Source of the DNA: an uncultured archaeon
GTDB lineage: Archaea > Asgardarchaeota > Heimdallarchaeia > Heimdallarchaeales > Kariarchaeaceae
Length of the DNA stretch: 44,916 nt
Assembly: GCA_964645535.1 (NCBI GenBank)
Contig: CAZYCQ010000002.1
Span: 1,923-46,838, forward strand
Direction of reading: 5' to 3'
Shown: positions 1-9,054 of the stretch, piece after piece
Numbering within the stretch: position 1 is the stretch's first letter
How the letters are laid out: each line of letters starts with the position of its first letter
Notes under the pieces: model-generated
What the model was told of the DNA's origin: nothing
Database searches by the model: none
Seen by the model: only the letters and a program-made list of their open reading frames with translations
Position numbers and translations under genes: made by a program

Positions 1-456
1 CTTCTTTCACCACTTGTGTTCCTTGAGGTCATAACATCCGATCGATTGAAGGATCAGTTTCTCAGCCTTTTTCCAAAATTGGGTCTTGAGAATACCAGTA
101 TGTCAGATCCTGACGGGGACTCTTCAGATCAGCGTTTCGGATTCACTATTGATGTCTCCCATGAAGCAGACCGAACCTTGATGCGGAAGAAGACCATTTA
201 TTTCGGATATTTTCCGAAAAAGCCGCCAACCGATCCGAAAGGGGCAAGTACCATGATTTGGCTACATGCCTATCTTATCCTTGATGACGGTTCGGTGGGG
301 GAAGAATGGATTGAAGCTATCCGCAAGGTGCAGAAGGATTGTAATGGAGACCCCTTGGGGATTCCTCCACTTTTGCAGTACCACCTGAAAGAACTTGACA
401 AGGACACTTTGGCAAGGATCATTGAGGAAGTTCATCAGGCAGTGCTTGTGGCCTGA
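1..456 (+). CDS. Hypothetical protein, 5'-truncated by window edge
   Basis: Frame is open from position 1 (CTT CTT TCA CCA CTT GTG...) to TGA at 454-456; protein-like composition, no recognised motif. Confidence 0.7.
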   Translation, partial: LLSPLVFLEVITSDRLKDQFLSLFPKLGLENTSMSDPDGDSSDQRFGFTIDVSHEADRTLMRKKTIYFGYFPKKPPTDPKGASTMIWLHAYLILDDGSVGEEWIEAIRKVQKDCNGDPLGIPPLLQYHLKELDKDTLARIIEEVHQAVLVA

Positions 457-594
457 AATCTCATTCATCGTGTGTAGATTTGCGGTTTGGAACAGAAATT
501 TGTCACATCCATGAATTTCCGGGATTGATAGTGGACATGATTTGGAATGAACTTCTCGGAAATTGAACAGGCAGAAACGGATTAGTGGGAACCC

Positions 595-1071
595 CTATTT
601 CCCTTTGAGTTTCTGCAACAAAGGAAGCCTAGGTTGTTGAGAATTGGGGAAGAAAGGATTCGGAACTGCCAAATAGATTGCTAGTGCAACTCCCAGCAGG
701 ATGATTCGATCAAGGAGGTGTGTTATTACTGGAACTGGAATGCTGACACCAAATGACCTACCAAACAGCAATTGAACACGAAAAGGAAAATTGCCTAGTT
801 CCTCTACCAAAAAGAAGATTGTCAAGATCCAGCCGGCAACAGCAGCCATTGTGGAATGGTTGCTGAGGAAAAGGACAACCAAGAACAGGGCAGTCCAGAT
901 CAGAAGGCTGAAGAGGAGCAACGCGGATGCCGTGAGGATGGCACCGTTGAAAATTGTTGTTCCAACCTCAAAGGTTCGGGAAAGTAAGAGGTATCCATAC
1001 AAGAGGGCAGTTGAACCCAGATACACCATTGATGTGCCCATCATGGTCACCTTTCGGAACTCGGATCGCAA
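595..1071 (-). CDS. Hypothetical membrane protein (~4 TM); start uncertain (ATG at 1044 possible)
   Basis: Several long hydrophobic segments and a basic C-terminus. Confidence 0.65.
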   Translation of the reverse strand: MRSEFRKVTMMGTSMVYLGSTALLYGYLLLSRTFEVGTTIFNGAILTASALLLFSLLIWTALFLVVLFLSNHSTMAAVAGWILTIFFLVEELGNFPFRVQLLFGRSFGVSIPVPVITHLLDRIILLGVALAIYLAVPNPFFPNSQQPRLPLLQKLKGK

Positions 1072-1212
1072 GGATACGTTGGAAACGTCGTGCCGCGATC
1101 CAAAATTTCCCTGTAGAAGAGTGAGGGCAAATTAACACCATCATGAATTCTGTGATGAAAAAGACATATTTAGGACGTAAAATTTATTATTTGAGGAAGA
1201 AGGAAACCTTTG

Positions 1213-3213
1213 ATGAGAAAGGTTGAGATCCTAGGTTTAGCTGTGATTTTGGTGCTTGCTCCAGTTGGATTTCTGCCTTTTTTTCTTCCGTCTCAGCAGG
1301 ACTTCCACCAATCTTTAGATCTGCACCTTGGCAATTCCTATTTTGACAAAGCGGTAGCAGATGGTGATAATCTCTTTGTTGTTGACTATGGGGACATTGA
1401 AGTATATCAGCTGCAGGAAGGCAGTGCCCTATACCGAATGGGCAGGATCTATCGTACGGCTCCGGGGTTATCTTCCATTTTCCATACAGAGAAGTACTTG
1501 ATCGTCTACAGCAGACCGGAACAAGTAGTCCAGATCCTATCGAAACCACAGGATATTGCCTCAACAGATGAACTGGGAGTTTTGCTGACCTACAGGTTAC
1601 CGGAAAATTTTTCTTTCAAGGGGTTTTTTGCTTGGAACACCTCTCTCATTGTTTATGGAAGTGGAATCATTCTCTTTTCAATTGGAACCTTTCCGGAAAA
1701 GTACTCAGATTATGAACCTCAATTTTTCGAAATACGTGAATTCAATTCAACTACCTTGATTGGCACCACCCCGGAGGGAATTGTTCTCTTTCCGAAAACG
1801 GATGTGGCAGAGAGAAAGCTGTATCCCCTTTCAGTTGAACCAGATGCAAGAATGATCGTGAACGGATCGAAGATCCATCTCTTCCAAGGAAGCACTCATC
1901 TGAGGTACGATCTGACCACAGGCTCAGTGGTGCATGAGCAATTTCCACCGATCTCCTTGATTATTGAATACGAATCTGAGGCCTTTGCCGTAGCAGAGGA
2001 TCAGATCTACAGAATGAATGAGGGTTATACCCTTGGGGAAGCCATCAGATTGAATATTCAGATTTCCCAGATAAATGATTATGCCTTACTTGGAGGGCGG
2101 TTATTTCTTACCCTCGGTTTTTCAGGAATGATCGAGGTAGGTCAGGAGAACGATCGCCAATGGGAAATTTTGGGGAGATGGGACAATCTGTCGAGCAATG
2201 TCAAGTTCGTGGGCTATCTGGAGAGGGAAGGGACAGGATATGGGTATGCCATATCTGAATGGGACAGTATTGTTTACTTCCGCACTGACGAGGAAACTTA
2301 TGAGCAATTGGCCGACTATTACCCATTTGGTAAAGAGCCGCCATACCGAAATCTCCCTTGGCCGTATGAAATATTTTCGGTGGCTTCAGCAGGTTCTGAC
2401 CTGCTGGTTTCCAACTCATCGGCACTCACCATTTTTCAGATATCCAAGCAAGGAAGTCTCGATCCTATAACCAGTTCTTCAGAAATCCATGGAAGAGGAA
2501 TCTCAGTAAACGGAAGTTTCTTTTCCATTGCCAATGACACCCACTTAATGCTAGCGGAATATTCCGATGGAAAAGTATCGTTAAAGAGTGCCTTTCCTTT
2601 CGATAATGTGCAGGACACCTTTTTCACTGGAACGGAAGTGTTTGCATCAAATGGGACAACAATATTGCAGTTTGAGGTAAAAGGAAGTCAATTGAGACCT
2701 CCTAAAGTTGTGAGTGAGGTGAACCTCCTTCAAGAAATCTCTGATATCTATGTTATAAGGGGAACGATTGTCTTGACGGGAACGGGGGGGATTATAGAAG
2801 TCCATTCGATTTCAGATGGGACTTTGGTAGCAACTGCAGGGGAAAACAAGACAGGCAACAGAATCCTCGTTGTCCCTGAGATCGCATTTTTTGTGGCAGG
2901 AAGTGATGGCATCTATGGCTTTCCCCTTCAAGGTTATCCCACCTTGACTCCAACAGTCTATGACAGATTGGTGTTTAGAGATTTCTCAACTTTGGAGAAT
3001 TCTAGGAGGTTCATTGGGGCGTCAGGAGGAAAAGCCGAAATCATAACTTTTGAAAAGGAGGTTTCTTACTTTAGGGGTCAAAAAATCTTTTTTTTCTACT
3101 TTCCAATTGCCTTGACTGCCCCCGTGATCATTATTGCCCACAGTCTCAGATCGAGGCAAAAAAGATTGATCTCTGAGGAAATTCAAAGAATAAATGACTA
3201 CTTCGTGGACTAA
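1213..3213 (+). CDS. Membrane-anchored extracellular beta-propeller-like protein (LVIVD-like repeats)
   Basis: N-terminal hydrophobic signal/anchor, recurring short beta-strand blades (DNLFVVDYGDIEVYQL, GRLFLTLGFSGMIEV, FFVAGSDGIYGF), C-terminal TM plus basic tail. Confidence 0.6.
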   Translation: MRKVEILGLAVILVLAPVGFLPFFLPSQQDFHQSLDLHLGNSYFDKAVADGDNLFVVDYGDIEVYQLQEGSALYRMGRIYRTAPGLSSIFHTEKYLIVYSRPEQVVQILSKPQDIASTDELGVLLTYRLPENFSFKGFFAWNTSLIVYGSGIILFSIGTFPEKYSDYEPQFFEIREFNSTTLIGTTPEGIVLFPKTDVAERKLYPLSVEPDARMIVNGSKIHLFQGSTHLRYDLTTGSVVHEQFPPISLIIEYESEAFAVAEDQIYRMNEGYTLGEAIRLNIQISQINDYALLGGRLFLTLGFSGMIEVGQENDRQWEILGRWDNLSSNVKFVGYLEREGTGYGYAISEWDSIVYFRTDEETYEQLADYYPFGKEPPYRNLPWPYEIFSVASAGSDLLVSNSSALTIFQISKQGSLDPITSSSEIHGRGISVNGSFFSIANDTHLMLAEYSDGKVSLKSAFPFDNVQDTFFTGTEVFASNGTTILQFEVKGSQLRPPKVVSEVNLLQEISDIYVIRGTIVLTGTGGIIEVHSISDGTLVATAGENKTGNRILVVPEIAFFVAGSDGIYGFPLQGYPTLTPTVYDRLVFRDFSTLENSRRFIGASGGKAEIITFEKEVSYFRGQKIFFFYFPIALTAPVIIIAHSLRSRQKRLISEEIQRINDYFVD

Positions 3214-3367
3214 GGTTCCGGTTTAAATAATCATGAACACAATTTTCTGCAGGGACCAGACCGGCATGCAGGTATCCTTAACAGAATTGACTTAGGGTTG
3301 GGCAAGTTTGTGGGTGATGAGGTTGGTTGATCTAAAATGTTAAGACCTTGGGCGATATAAGCAACAT

Positions 3368-4339
3368 GTGAACCTCTACCGGTCTTGGTATCGCCATTTC
3401 ATCAGTCATCTTCCGGAAAGGATGGTGGAGATGGGGGGTGGTCCGTTCTTCTCATTCATTTCCCATTTTGTAAGCCTTCCAGACCCAATGCCGGTAGAGG
3501 TGGGGAACTTGAAGTTCGAGTACCCCGTGGGCATGCCCAGCGGCTGGATCGATGACCTGCACAAGCTCAGGACGGCACACAGGATGGGGGTGGGCATTCC
3601 CATCATCAAGACAGTCACGGTTCAGCCAAGGAAGGGAAACCCCCGACCAAGAATCCTGAGAGGAGAAAACTACCTTATCAATTCCATGGGTCTGCCGAAC
3701 AAGGGCATGCAGTGGTGGAAGGAGAGATTGCAAGGAATGAAGAGAGATCGGCCATTGCTGCTGAGCATCCGTGGAGAAACTGAGGAGGAATGGGAACAAC
3801 TGGTGGAAGAGTTTGATTCCAAGGTGGATCTGATTGAGCTGAACTTCTCCTGCCCCAATACAGAGGGAGGGGTCATGGACGTGGAAGAATCGGTACGGAT
3901 ACTTGAAGGTGTCTTGGGGCTTTCCGACAAGCTGTGGCTAAAGCTAAGTCCTGAATTTTCTGCAAGGGAGAATCTTGAGTTGGTGAAAAGGGTCTCTACT
4001 TCTATTCAGGGAGTGACACTCATCAATACGGTTCCGGTAAAGGATGAACGGCTGGGGAATCCGCGGAAAGTCGGGGGACTGAGCGGTCTTCCCATTCTTG
4101 AGCGGCTGAAGGATCAACTGGCGGTATTCAGGAAGGAGTTTCCTGCATTCAGTGACCTTCCGATCTTTGCCACGGGAGGAATCACCCCCGATACAGCGGT
4201 AGAGATATTGAGGGAATTCAGGGCAATTCCCTTCATGCTGACAAGTTTCTTGATGGAAGGCCCTTGGACATACGTAAGGGCAACGGAGAGGGTTCGGGGG
4301 GAGTTAGGTGAGGGAAGTCTTGCGGACTTACTGGACTGA
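3368..4339 (+). CDS. pyrD: Dihydroorotate dehydrogenase
   Basis: KTVT..PRKGNPRPR, INSMGLPN, ELNFSCPN, WLKLSP, LINT, GGLSG and ATGGI motifs. Confidence 0.9.
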   Translation: MNLYRSWYRHFISHLPERMVEMGGGPFFSFISHFVSLPDPMPVEVGNLKFEYPVGMPSGWIDDLHKLRTAHRMGVGIPIIKTVTVQPRKGNPRPRILRGENYLINSMGLPNKGMQWWKERLQGMKRDRPLLLSIRGETEEEWEQLVEEFDSKVDLIELNFSCPNTEGGVMDVEESVRILEGVLGLSDKLWLKLSPEFSARENLELVKRVSTSIQGVTLINTVPVKDERLGNPRKVGGLSGLPILERLKDQLAVFRKEFPAFSDLPIFATGGITPDTAVEILREFRAIPFMLTSFLMEGPWTYVRATERVRGELGEGSLADLLD

Positions 4340-4382
4340 TAAGACCAACAGCTATAAGAACAATTGATTGAGCATTTTGTGT

Positions 4383-5291
4383 ATGCAGAAGAAGATTGCC
4401 ATCATTGGGGTACCGCAAGATCTGGGAGCATCACGGAGGGGAGTGGACATGGGACCTTCAGCCATGAGGTTGGCGGGATTGGAAAGCCGTTTGAAGTCTT
4501 TGGGACATGAGGTGATTGATTGGGGGAACATTACCTGCCATGATATTGACGAGCACACAGAGGGTTATCAGATGGATGAAAGACTCAGGTTTCTGCCATT
4601 CATTGCGGACATGGCACAACATCTGAAAGAAGCAGTGGAACGGGCGGTAGGCATGGGATATTTTCCGCTTGTGTTGGGAGGGGACCATTCCATTAGCATC
4701 GGAACCATGGCAGGCATGAAAAAGTTGCATGGAGGAAGAACCGGCATTATTTGGGTGGATGCACATGGCGACTTCAACACTCCTGAGACCACACCTAGCG
4801 GCAACATTCATGGGATGCCATTTGCGGTGACTGCCGGGTTTGGGGTGAAGGAACTGACGCAGATAGGTCCTTCTCCGACCATTTCATTGGAAAATGCAGT
4901 TCTTTTCGGTGCAAGGGATCTGGATCCGGGAGAGATTGGGAATCTTAAGAAGGCGGGAGTGAAGGTGATCACCATGTCCGATATTGACAGGGACGGTATT
5001 CTGCGGGCATCAACAGAGGCGATTAGTCATGCAACCAAGGGAGTCGACCACCTTCACGTGTCGTTCGACATCGATTCGGTTGATCCATTCGAAGCGCCGG
5101 GTACGGGCACACCGGTTTCTGGGGGACTGACTTATCGGGAGGCACATTTCTTCCTTGAGATGGTGGCAGACACTAACAAGCTCAGTTCTTTTGAGATGGT
5201 TGAGGTAAACCCGATCTTGGATACCCGCAACAAGACGGCAAATTTAGCTGTGGGGTTGATCCTATCCGCCATGGGTAAAAAGATCTGGTGA
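4383..5291 (+). CDS. rocF: Arginase
   Basis: GVDMGP, GGDHS, DAHGDFN, SGNIHG, SFDIDSVDP and EVNP; the SGNxHG motif favours arginase over agmatinase. ATG 4383 chosen as start. Confidence 0.92.
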   Translation: MQKKIAIIGVPQDLGASRRGVDMGPSAMRLAGLESRLKSLGHEVIDWGNITCHDIDEHTEGYQMDERLRFLPFIADMAQHLKEAVERAVGMGYFPLVLGGDHSISIGTMAGMKKLHGGRTGIIWVDAHGDFNTPETTPSGNIHGMPFAVTAGFGVKELTQIGPSPTISLENAVLFGARDLDPGEIGNLKKAGVKVITMSDIDRDGILRASTEAISHATKGVDHLHVSFDIDSVDPFEAPGTGTPVSGGLTYREAHFFLEMVADTNKLSSFEMVEVNPILDTRNKTANLAVGLILSAMGKKIW

Positions 5292-5339
5292 TTGCCGCTT
5301 GGGAAAACTAATTGAGTGGCTTCAATTCTCATAGGATAT

Positions 5340-5792
5340 ATGAAATTACCAGAATTTGAGTTATTTGCACATACTGGCGAGAAGATCACGAACAAGGATC
5401 TCTTGGGAAAGAAGGTCGTCCTTTTCTCCTATCCAGCAGCATTTACACCAGGATGCACCAAGGAAGTATGTGCCATTGAATCAGGGATAGACAAGATTCG
5501 GAAGAGAGGGGTTGAAGTGTATGGGATTTCGACTGATGATGTGGAAAAGAACCGGCAATTTGCCGAAAAATACGGCTTGGAATATCCATTGCTGTGCGAT
5601 CCGGATCACACCCTACTGGAGAAATTGGATATGTATGGAAAAAAGACACTTTACGGCAAAAAGGTGGTTGGTGTCAAGAGGTATATCCATTTTTTTGACG
5701 AGGAAGGGAACCTTGTAAAGACCATCAAGGGAGTGAGAACGGCTTCAGCAGATGAGCAGATTCTCAAGGTTCTTGATGAGCTTGGGTGGTAG
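5340..5792 (+). CDS. bcp: Peroxiredoxin Bcp/PrxQ
   Basis: YPAAFTPGCTKEVC (peroxidatic plus resolving Cys), GIS.D, YPLLCD. Confidence 0.9.
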   Translation: MKLPEFELFAHTGEKITNKDLLGKKVVLFSYPAAFTPGCTKEVCAIESGIDKIRKRGVEVYGISTDDVEKNRQFAEKYGLEYPLLCDPDHTLLEKLDMYGKKTLYGKKVVGVKRYIHFFDEEGNLVKTIKGVRTASADEQILKVLDELGW

Positions 5793-5831
5793 GAAGCGAA
5801 TCCTTTTGGAAGGGGAGTCAAAAGACAAATC

Positions 5832-6374
5832 ATGAAGATCTACACAGGAAAGGGTGACGAGGGACGAACCTCTCTTTTTGGGGGGGAAAGGGTATGGAAG
5901 GACAATGTACGAGTGGATGCCTACGGTACGGTGGATGAGCTGAACAGCCATTTGGGTTATGCAATTTCACTGATGGAGGGAAAAGATGAGTTTGAAGAGA
6001 TGAAGGAGGAGATGGTTCGCATCCAATCCGATCTTTTCGATCTTGGTTCAGCTCTTGCCACCTCGGGCGGCACGGTTGACCTTTCAGAACGTATATCGGA
6101 GTTGGAAAGGCAGATCGACAGGGTCAGCGACAAACTTCCCCCATTACGGTCATTCATTCTGCCGGGAGGAACAAGCATCGCTTCGTCCCTGCATATATGC
6201 AGGACTGTCACAAGACGAGCAGAACGGAAGGTTGTCGCGCTTGCACAAGGGGAGGGGGTTGATCCGGGGATCTTGCAGTATCTGAATCGTTTATCAGACC
6301 TGCTCTTTGTCTGGGCTCGTCTTGCCAACCAGTTGGCAGGTCGGGAGGATATTGCATGGTCATCAAGACAGTAA
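5832..6374 (+). CDS. pduO: PduO-type cob(I)alamin adenosyltransferase
   Basis: KIYTGKGDEG, AYGTVDELNS, FILPGG, RTVTRRAER, YLNRLSDLLF. Confidence 0.93.
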   Translation: MKIYTGKGDEGRTSLFGGERVWKDNVRVDAYGTVDELNSHLGYAISLMEGKDEFEEMKEEMVRIQSDLFDLGSALATSGGTVDLSERISELERQIDRVSDKLPPLRSFILPGGTSIASSLHICRTVTRRAERKVVALAQGEGVDPGILQYLNRLSDLLFVWARLANQLAGREDIAWSSRQ

Positions 6375-6383
6375 TTCAAAACG

Positions 6384-6391
6384 CATAAATA
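6384..6391 (+). promoter_or_regulatory. TATA box of HPt gene
   Basis: CATAAATA ending 23 nt before ATG 6415. Confidence 0.6.
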
Positions 6392-6414
6392 GAAGGTTGT
6401 TTTGAGTTAGGTTA

Positions 6415-6813
6415 ATGTCATCCGGAATTACCTCAAAGGATGAGCATTATGAAGAATTCCATTCGGTCTTCATTGAGGAATTCAAGAATATGCTGGACAC
6501 CTATTCGCAGGCTCTAAGGAAATTGAGGAATATTGAGCCAAAGGAGACTCGCCTTGAAGGATTTCGGGACATTTTCCGCATCTATCACACCATCAAGGGG
6601 ACAGCTGGCTATTTCCAAGATTACCAGAAGCTATCGGAGTTCGCTGCCACGTATTGCGAATTATTCAGGAATGTCGAGAACAATGATATTGATGAGCTGG
6701 AATTGATCAATTGGGCAAGGAAGGGGTTTACACAACTTTCATCCTCCTTCTTTGCCATCCGCAGGGGAGGAAGTGTCAATGCCTACAGATATATCCTCCC
6801 GCCCATAAACTAG
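6415..6813 (+). CDS. Stand-alone HPt (histidine phosphotransfer, CheA-P1-like) protein
   Basis: IFRIYHTIKGTAG signature in a helical 132-aa protein. Confidence 0.8.
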   Translation: MSSGITSKDEHYEEFHSVFIEEFKNMLDTYSQALRKLRNIEPKETRLEGFRDIFRIYHTIKGTAGYFQDYQKLSEFAATYCELFRNVENNDIDELELINWARKGFTQLSSSFFAIRRGGSVNAYRYILPPIN

Positions 6814-6833
6814 AACGTTGAGCCGTAAATCAG

Positions 6834-7574
6834 TCAGTCAATGACAAAACCGAGTGTTTCAAGTTCCTTTTTCAGGTGTGGTCTTCGACCTTGACTGAAT
6901 CTGGTAGCGATGATTCCAGACCAAGCTGCTTTTGGACTATTTCTCCCTGTTGAACGATAGTATTCATAGAGGATATCATCGTAATCCTTGATGTGCTGCT
7001 CTAGACCATCTGTGGAATAGGTTTCATGATGGATGACCGCTTCCTTGGGCAATCTGGGTTTCTGAGGCTTGACACGATCCCAATCGGGCCAGCCTATGCC
7101 AAGTCCGAATACGGCATATACACCACTGGCAAGACCAAGGAACTTAGCCACTTCAATAGGATTGTTGCGGATTCCGCCTACCATGGTGGTACCAAGTCCC
7201 ATGGATTCTGCCGCAAGACTGAGGGACATTCCCACAAGTGCGGCATCGACAGATGCAACAAGGAAATTCTCGAAGTTTTTGGCCAATTCCTTTCCGTGAA
7301 GTTCAGTGGCCTTTTGAAGGCGATAGGTATCTGCACAGATGGCGATGAACGCCCCAGCACTTTCGATCCATTTCTGATTGCCTGCTAGAGCCGCAATGCG
7401 TTTGAGCCGTTGACGATCCTTTACAACAATGAATGAATAGGCCTGCATGTTGCTGCTGGTTGGAGATCTTCGGGCATTGTCAATAAGTTTCAGGAGAAGC
7501 TCGTCATCAAGTGGTTTGTCAATGAATTCTCGGATGCTGACATGATCCTGTAAGGTTTCGATGACGGATTTCAT
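6834..7574 (-). CDS. NfsA/NfrA-family NADPH-dependent flavin reductase (nitroreductase)
   Basis: HVSIREF, SPTSSNMQAYS, AAESMGLG..VGGIRN, KPRLP. Confidence 0.9.
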   Translation of the reverse strand: MKSVIETLQDHVSIREFIDKPLDDELLLKLIDNARRSPTSSNMQAYSFIVVKDRQRLKRIAALAGNQKWIESAGAFIAICADTYRLQKATELHGKELAKNFENFLVASVDAALVGMSLSLAAESMGLGTTMVGGIRNNPIEVAKFLGLASGVYAVFGLGIGWPDWDRVKPQKPRLPKEAVIHHETYSTDGLEQHIKDYDDILYEYYRSTGRNSPKAAWSGIIATRFSQGRRPHLKKELETLGFVID

Positions 7575-7616
7575 AATTGAATCGAAAGAGAGGATTTCTT
7601 TAGGTTTAGTGTCCGA

Positions 7617-8528
7617 CTAGTCCAGTCTTTTGAGGAATTCCTCATCAAAGTAGCCAAGTTTCGGGAAATGTTTTATGATGGTGATCATTGCTGGGTTCTC
7701 CTCAAGACAGGAGTGAATGGATGCCAGCGCACCGTCCATATCTTCCACGGAGTATTGGAAAGCGGCAAGATTCAACCACAGTTCATCCTTTTTGCCGTCA
7801 TAGGAGACAATGGTCTCCTTGATTTTTGCGATGGCTTCCTCTACGGAGAGGTTCTCCTTTGAGAAGGATTGTTGAATTCGAAAGATTTCCTGATTGACTT
7901 CGATGATTCCCAATAACCGGGAAAGTTCCTCGATCGGTTCAGGATGATCCTCGACTCGTAATTCAATCTTGCGGGAGCCATATCCTGCACGTCCCTCACC
8001 CTCCTTTTCGATAATAAGTGCAGCACTCTGCTTGCCGCGAGCATCCCCTCCAGCTTTCTGTCCTGCCTGAAGGGCAGCCACCAACCGTCTTGCCAAGGAT
8101 CCGTCGGTATTGAGAAAAGCCCGTTCCATCTCTTCAATCACCTCAGATCCTGTGAGGATGTTGCCCTGAATGGCGTAGCCCTTGCCTGTCCGTCCGCCTG
8201 CCCATGGGATACAGTTCTCTCCAGTGTATGAATGTGATCGTCCCTGTGCATCAACAATACCCACTTGTCTCAAGTCAAGCCTTGTGTCGATCTTCTTGAA
8301 TTCTTCAATGACCTCTCCTGGGGAAAGACCATCTTCGAGCAGTTCCAGCCCTTTGGGTCCAAGTGAGACATTGACTAACGATTGGGTGGCAACAGCTCCC
8401 ACACCCGCCTTCGCCCATGGTACGAGCGACCCCACGCTGAATGCCTTGGATTCCACGGCAATACCAAGTTCACCAGTTTCAGGATCCAATGCAACGATGG
8501 AGAAGGTAGAAGCGAGTTCATCATCCAT
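7617..8528 (-). CDS. DUF1028 Ntn-hydrolase-family protein with C-terminal TPR-like helices
   Basis: TFSIVA.D, GAVATQS, QGNIL, AGGDARGKQSA, LRVEDH; TPR-like LWLNLAAFQY...ALASIHSCLEENP. Start may be 8528, 8552 or 8567. Confidence 0.85.
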   Translation of the reverse strand: MDDELASTFSIVALDPETGELGIAVESKAFSVGSLVPWAKAGVGAVATQSLVNVSLGPKGLELLEDGLSPGEVIEEFKKIDTRLDLRQVGIVDAQGRSHSYTGENCIPWAGGRTGKGYAIQGNILTGSEVIEEMERAFLNTDGSLARRLVAALQAGQKAGGDARGKQSAALIIEKEGEGRAGYGSRKIELRVEDHPEPIEELSRLLGIIEVNQEIFRIQQSFSKENLSVEEAIAKIKETIVSYDGKKDELWLNLAAFQYSVEDMDGALASIHSCLEENPAMITIIKHFPKLGYFDEEFLKRLD

Positions 8529-8702
8529 AGTGAACCGATGAATATCCTGCATAAAAGCGTATTGCAATCCCTAGAGTTTATGGGTCAGGTTCAGAAAATC
8601 GTAGCAGATCGCGATAGGTGAGTGCAAGGTGGACCACGGTTACCATTTTAGACCTCGTTCTTCAACCATTAAGTCAGGGAATACAGAGGGAGTAACCAAT
8701 AC

Positions 8703-8710
8703 CTTAATAG
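8703..8710 (+). promoter_or_regulatory. TATA box of 8734 ORF
   Basis: CTTAATAG ending 23 nt before ATG. Confidence 0.55.
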
Positions 8711-8733
8711 GGATTGAATTCGAGGGTTCCACA

Positions 8734-9015
8734 ATGACACTTACAGGGTACCATCAGCAGGCCCATTTCAAGGCAAATGAGTTGGAGCTCTATTACAACA
8801 TGGCACCACCTAAGGGGTTTCCCAAATGCCATCATATCGCCTTGCTTTTCTGCTCGAAAGGAGATCAACTCCAACCAGAAGAGTGCAGAACGGTACAGAA
8901 TTGCCAACTTCTCAAGTTCAAGGATCAGTTGTTCAGGAAACACGGCATCCATGGTCCCACACTCCTGAAGGTGGATAAGATTCTCAGGGAAATGAAGACC
9001 GAGAAACGAGAATAG
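8734..9015 (+). CDS. Small hypothetical protein with 4 Cys (possible metal binding)
   Basis: ATG 8734 lies 23 nt after a TATA-like CTTAATAG; C-x7-C-x10-C-x5-C. Confidence 0.6.
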   Translation: MTLTGYHQQAHFKANELELYYNMAPPKGFPKCHHIALLFCSKGDQLQPEECRTVQNCQLLKFKDQLFRKHGIHGPTLLKVDKILREMKTEKRE

Positions 9016-9023
9016 GTCGATGA

Positions 9024-9031
9024 CTTAAATA
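9024..9031 (+). promoter_or_regulatory. TATA box of 9055 ORF
   Basis: CTTAAATA ending 23 nt before ATG. Confidence 0.65.
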
Positions 9032-9054
9032 CGGGACATGATTACAAATAAGAT

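Noticed and set aside
791-1135. Basic 114-aa ORF resembling a ribosomal or nucleic-acid-binding protein
   Set aside because: Antisense shadow of the membrane protein 595..1071
3233-3295. 20-codon ORF as pyrD leader peptide
   Set aside because: ATG is only 3 nt after the TATA box, so it lies upstream of the expected TSS; no pyrimidine attenuator pattern
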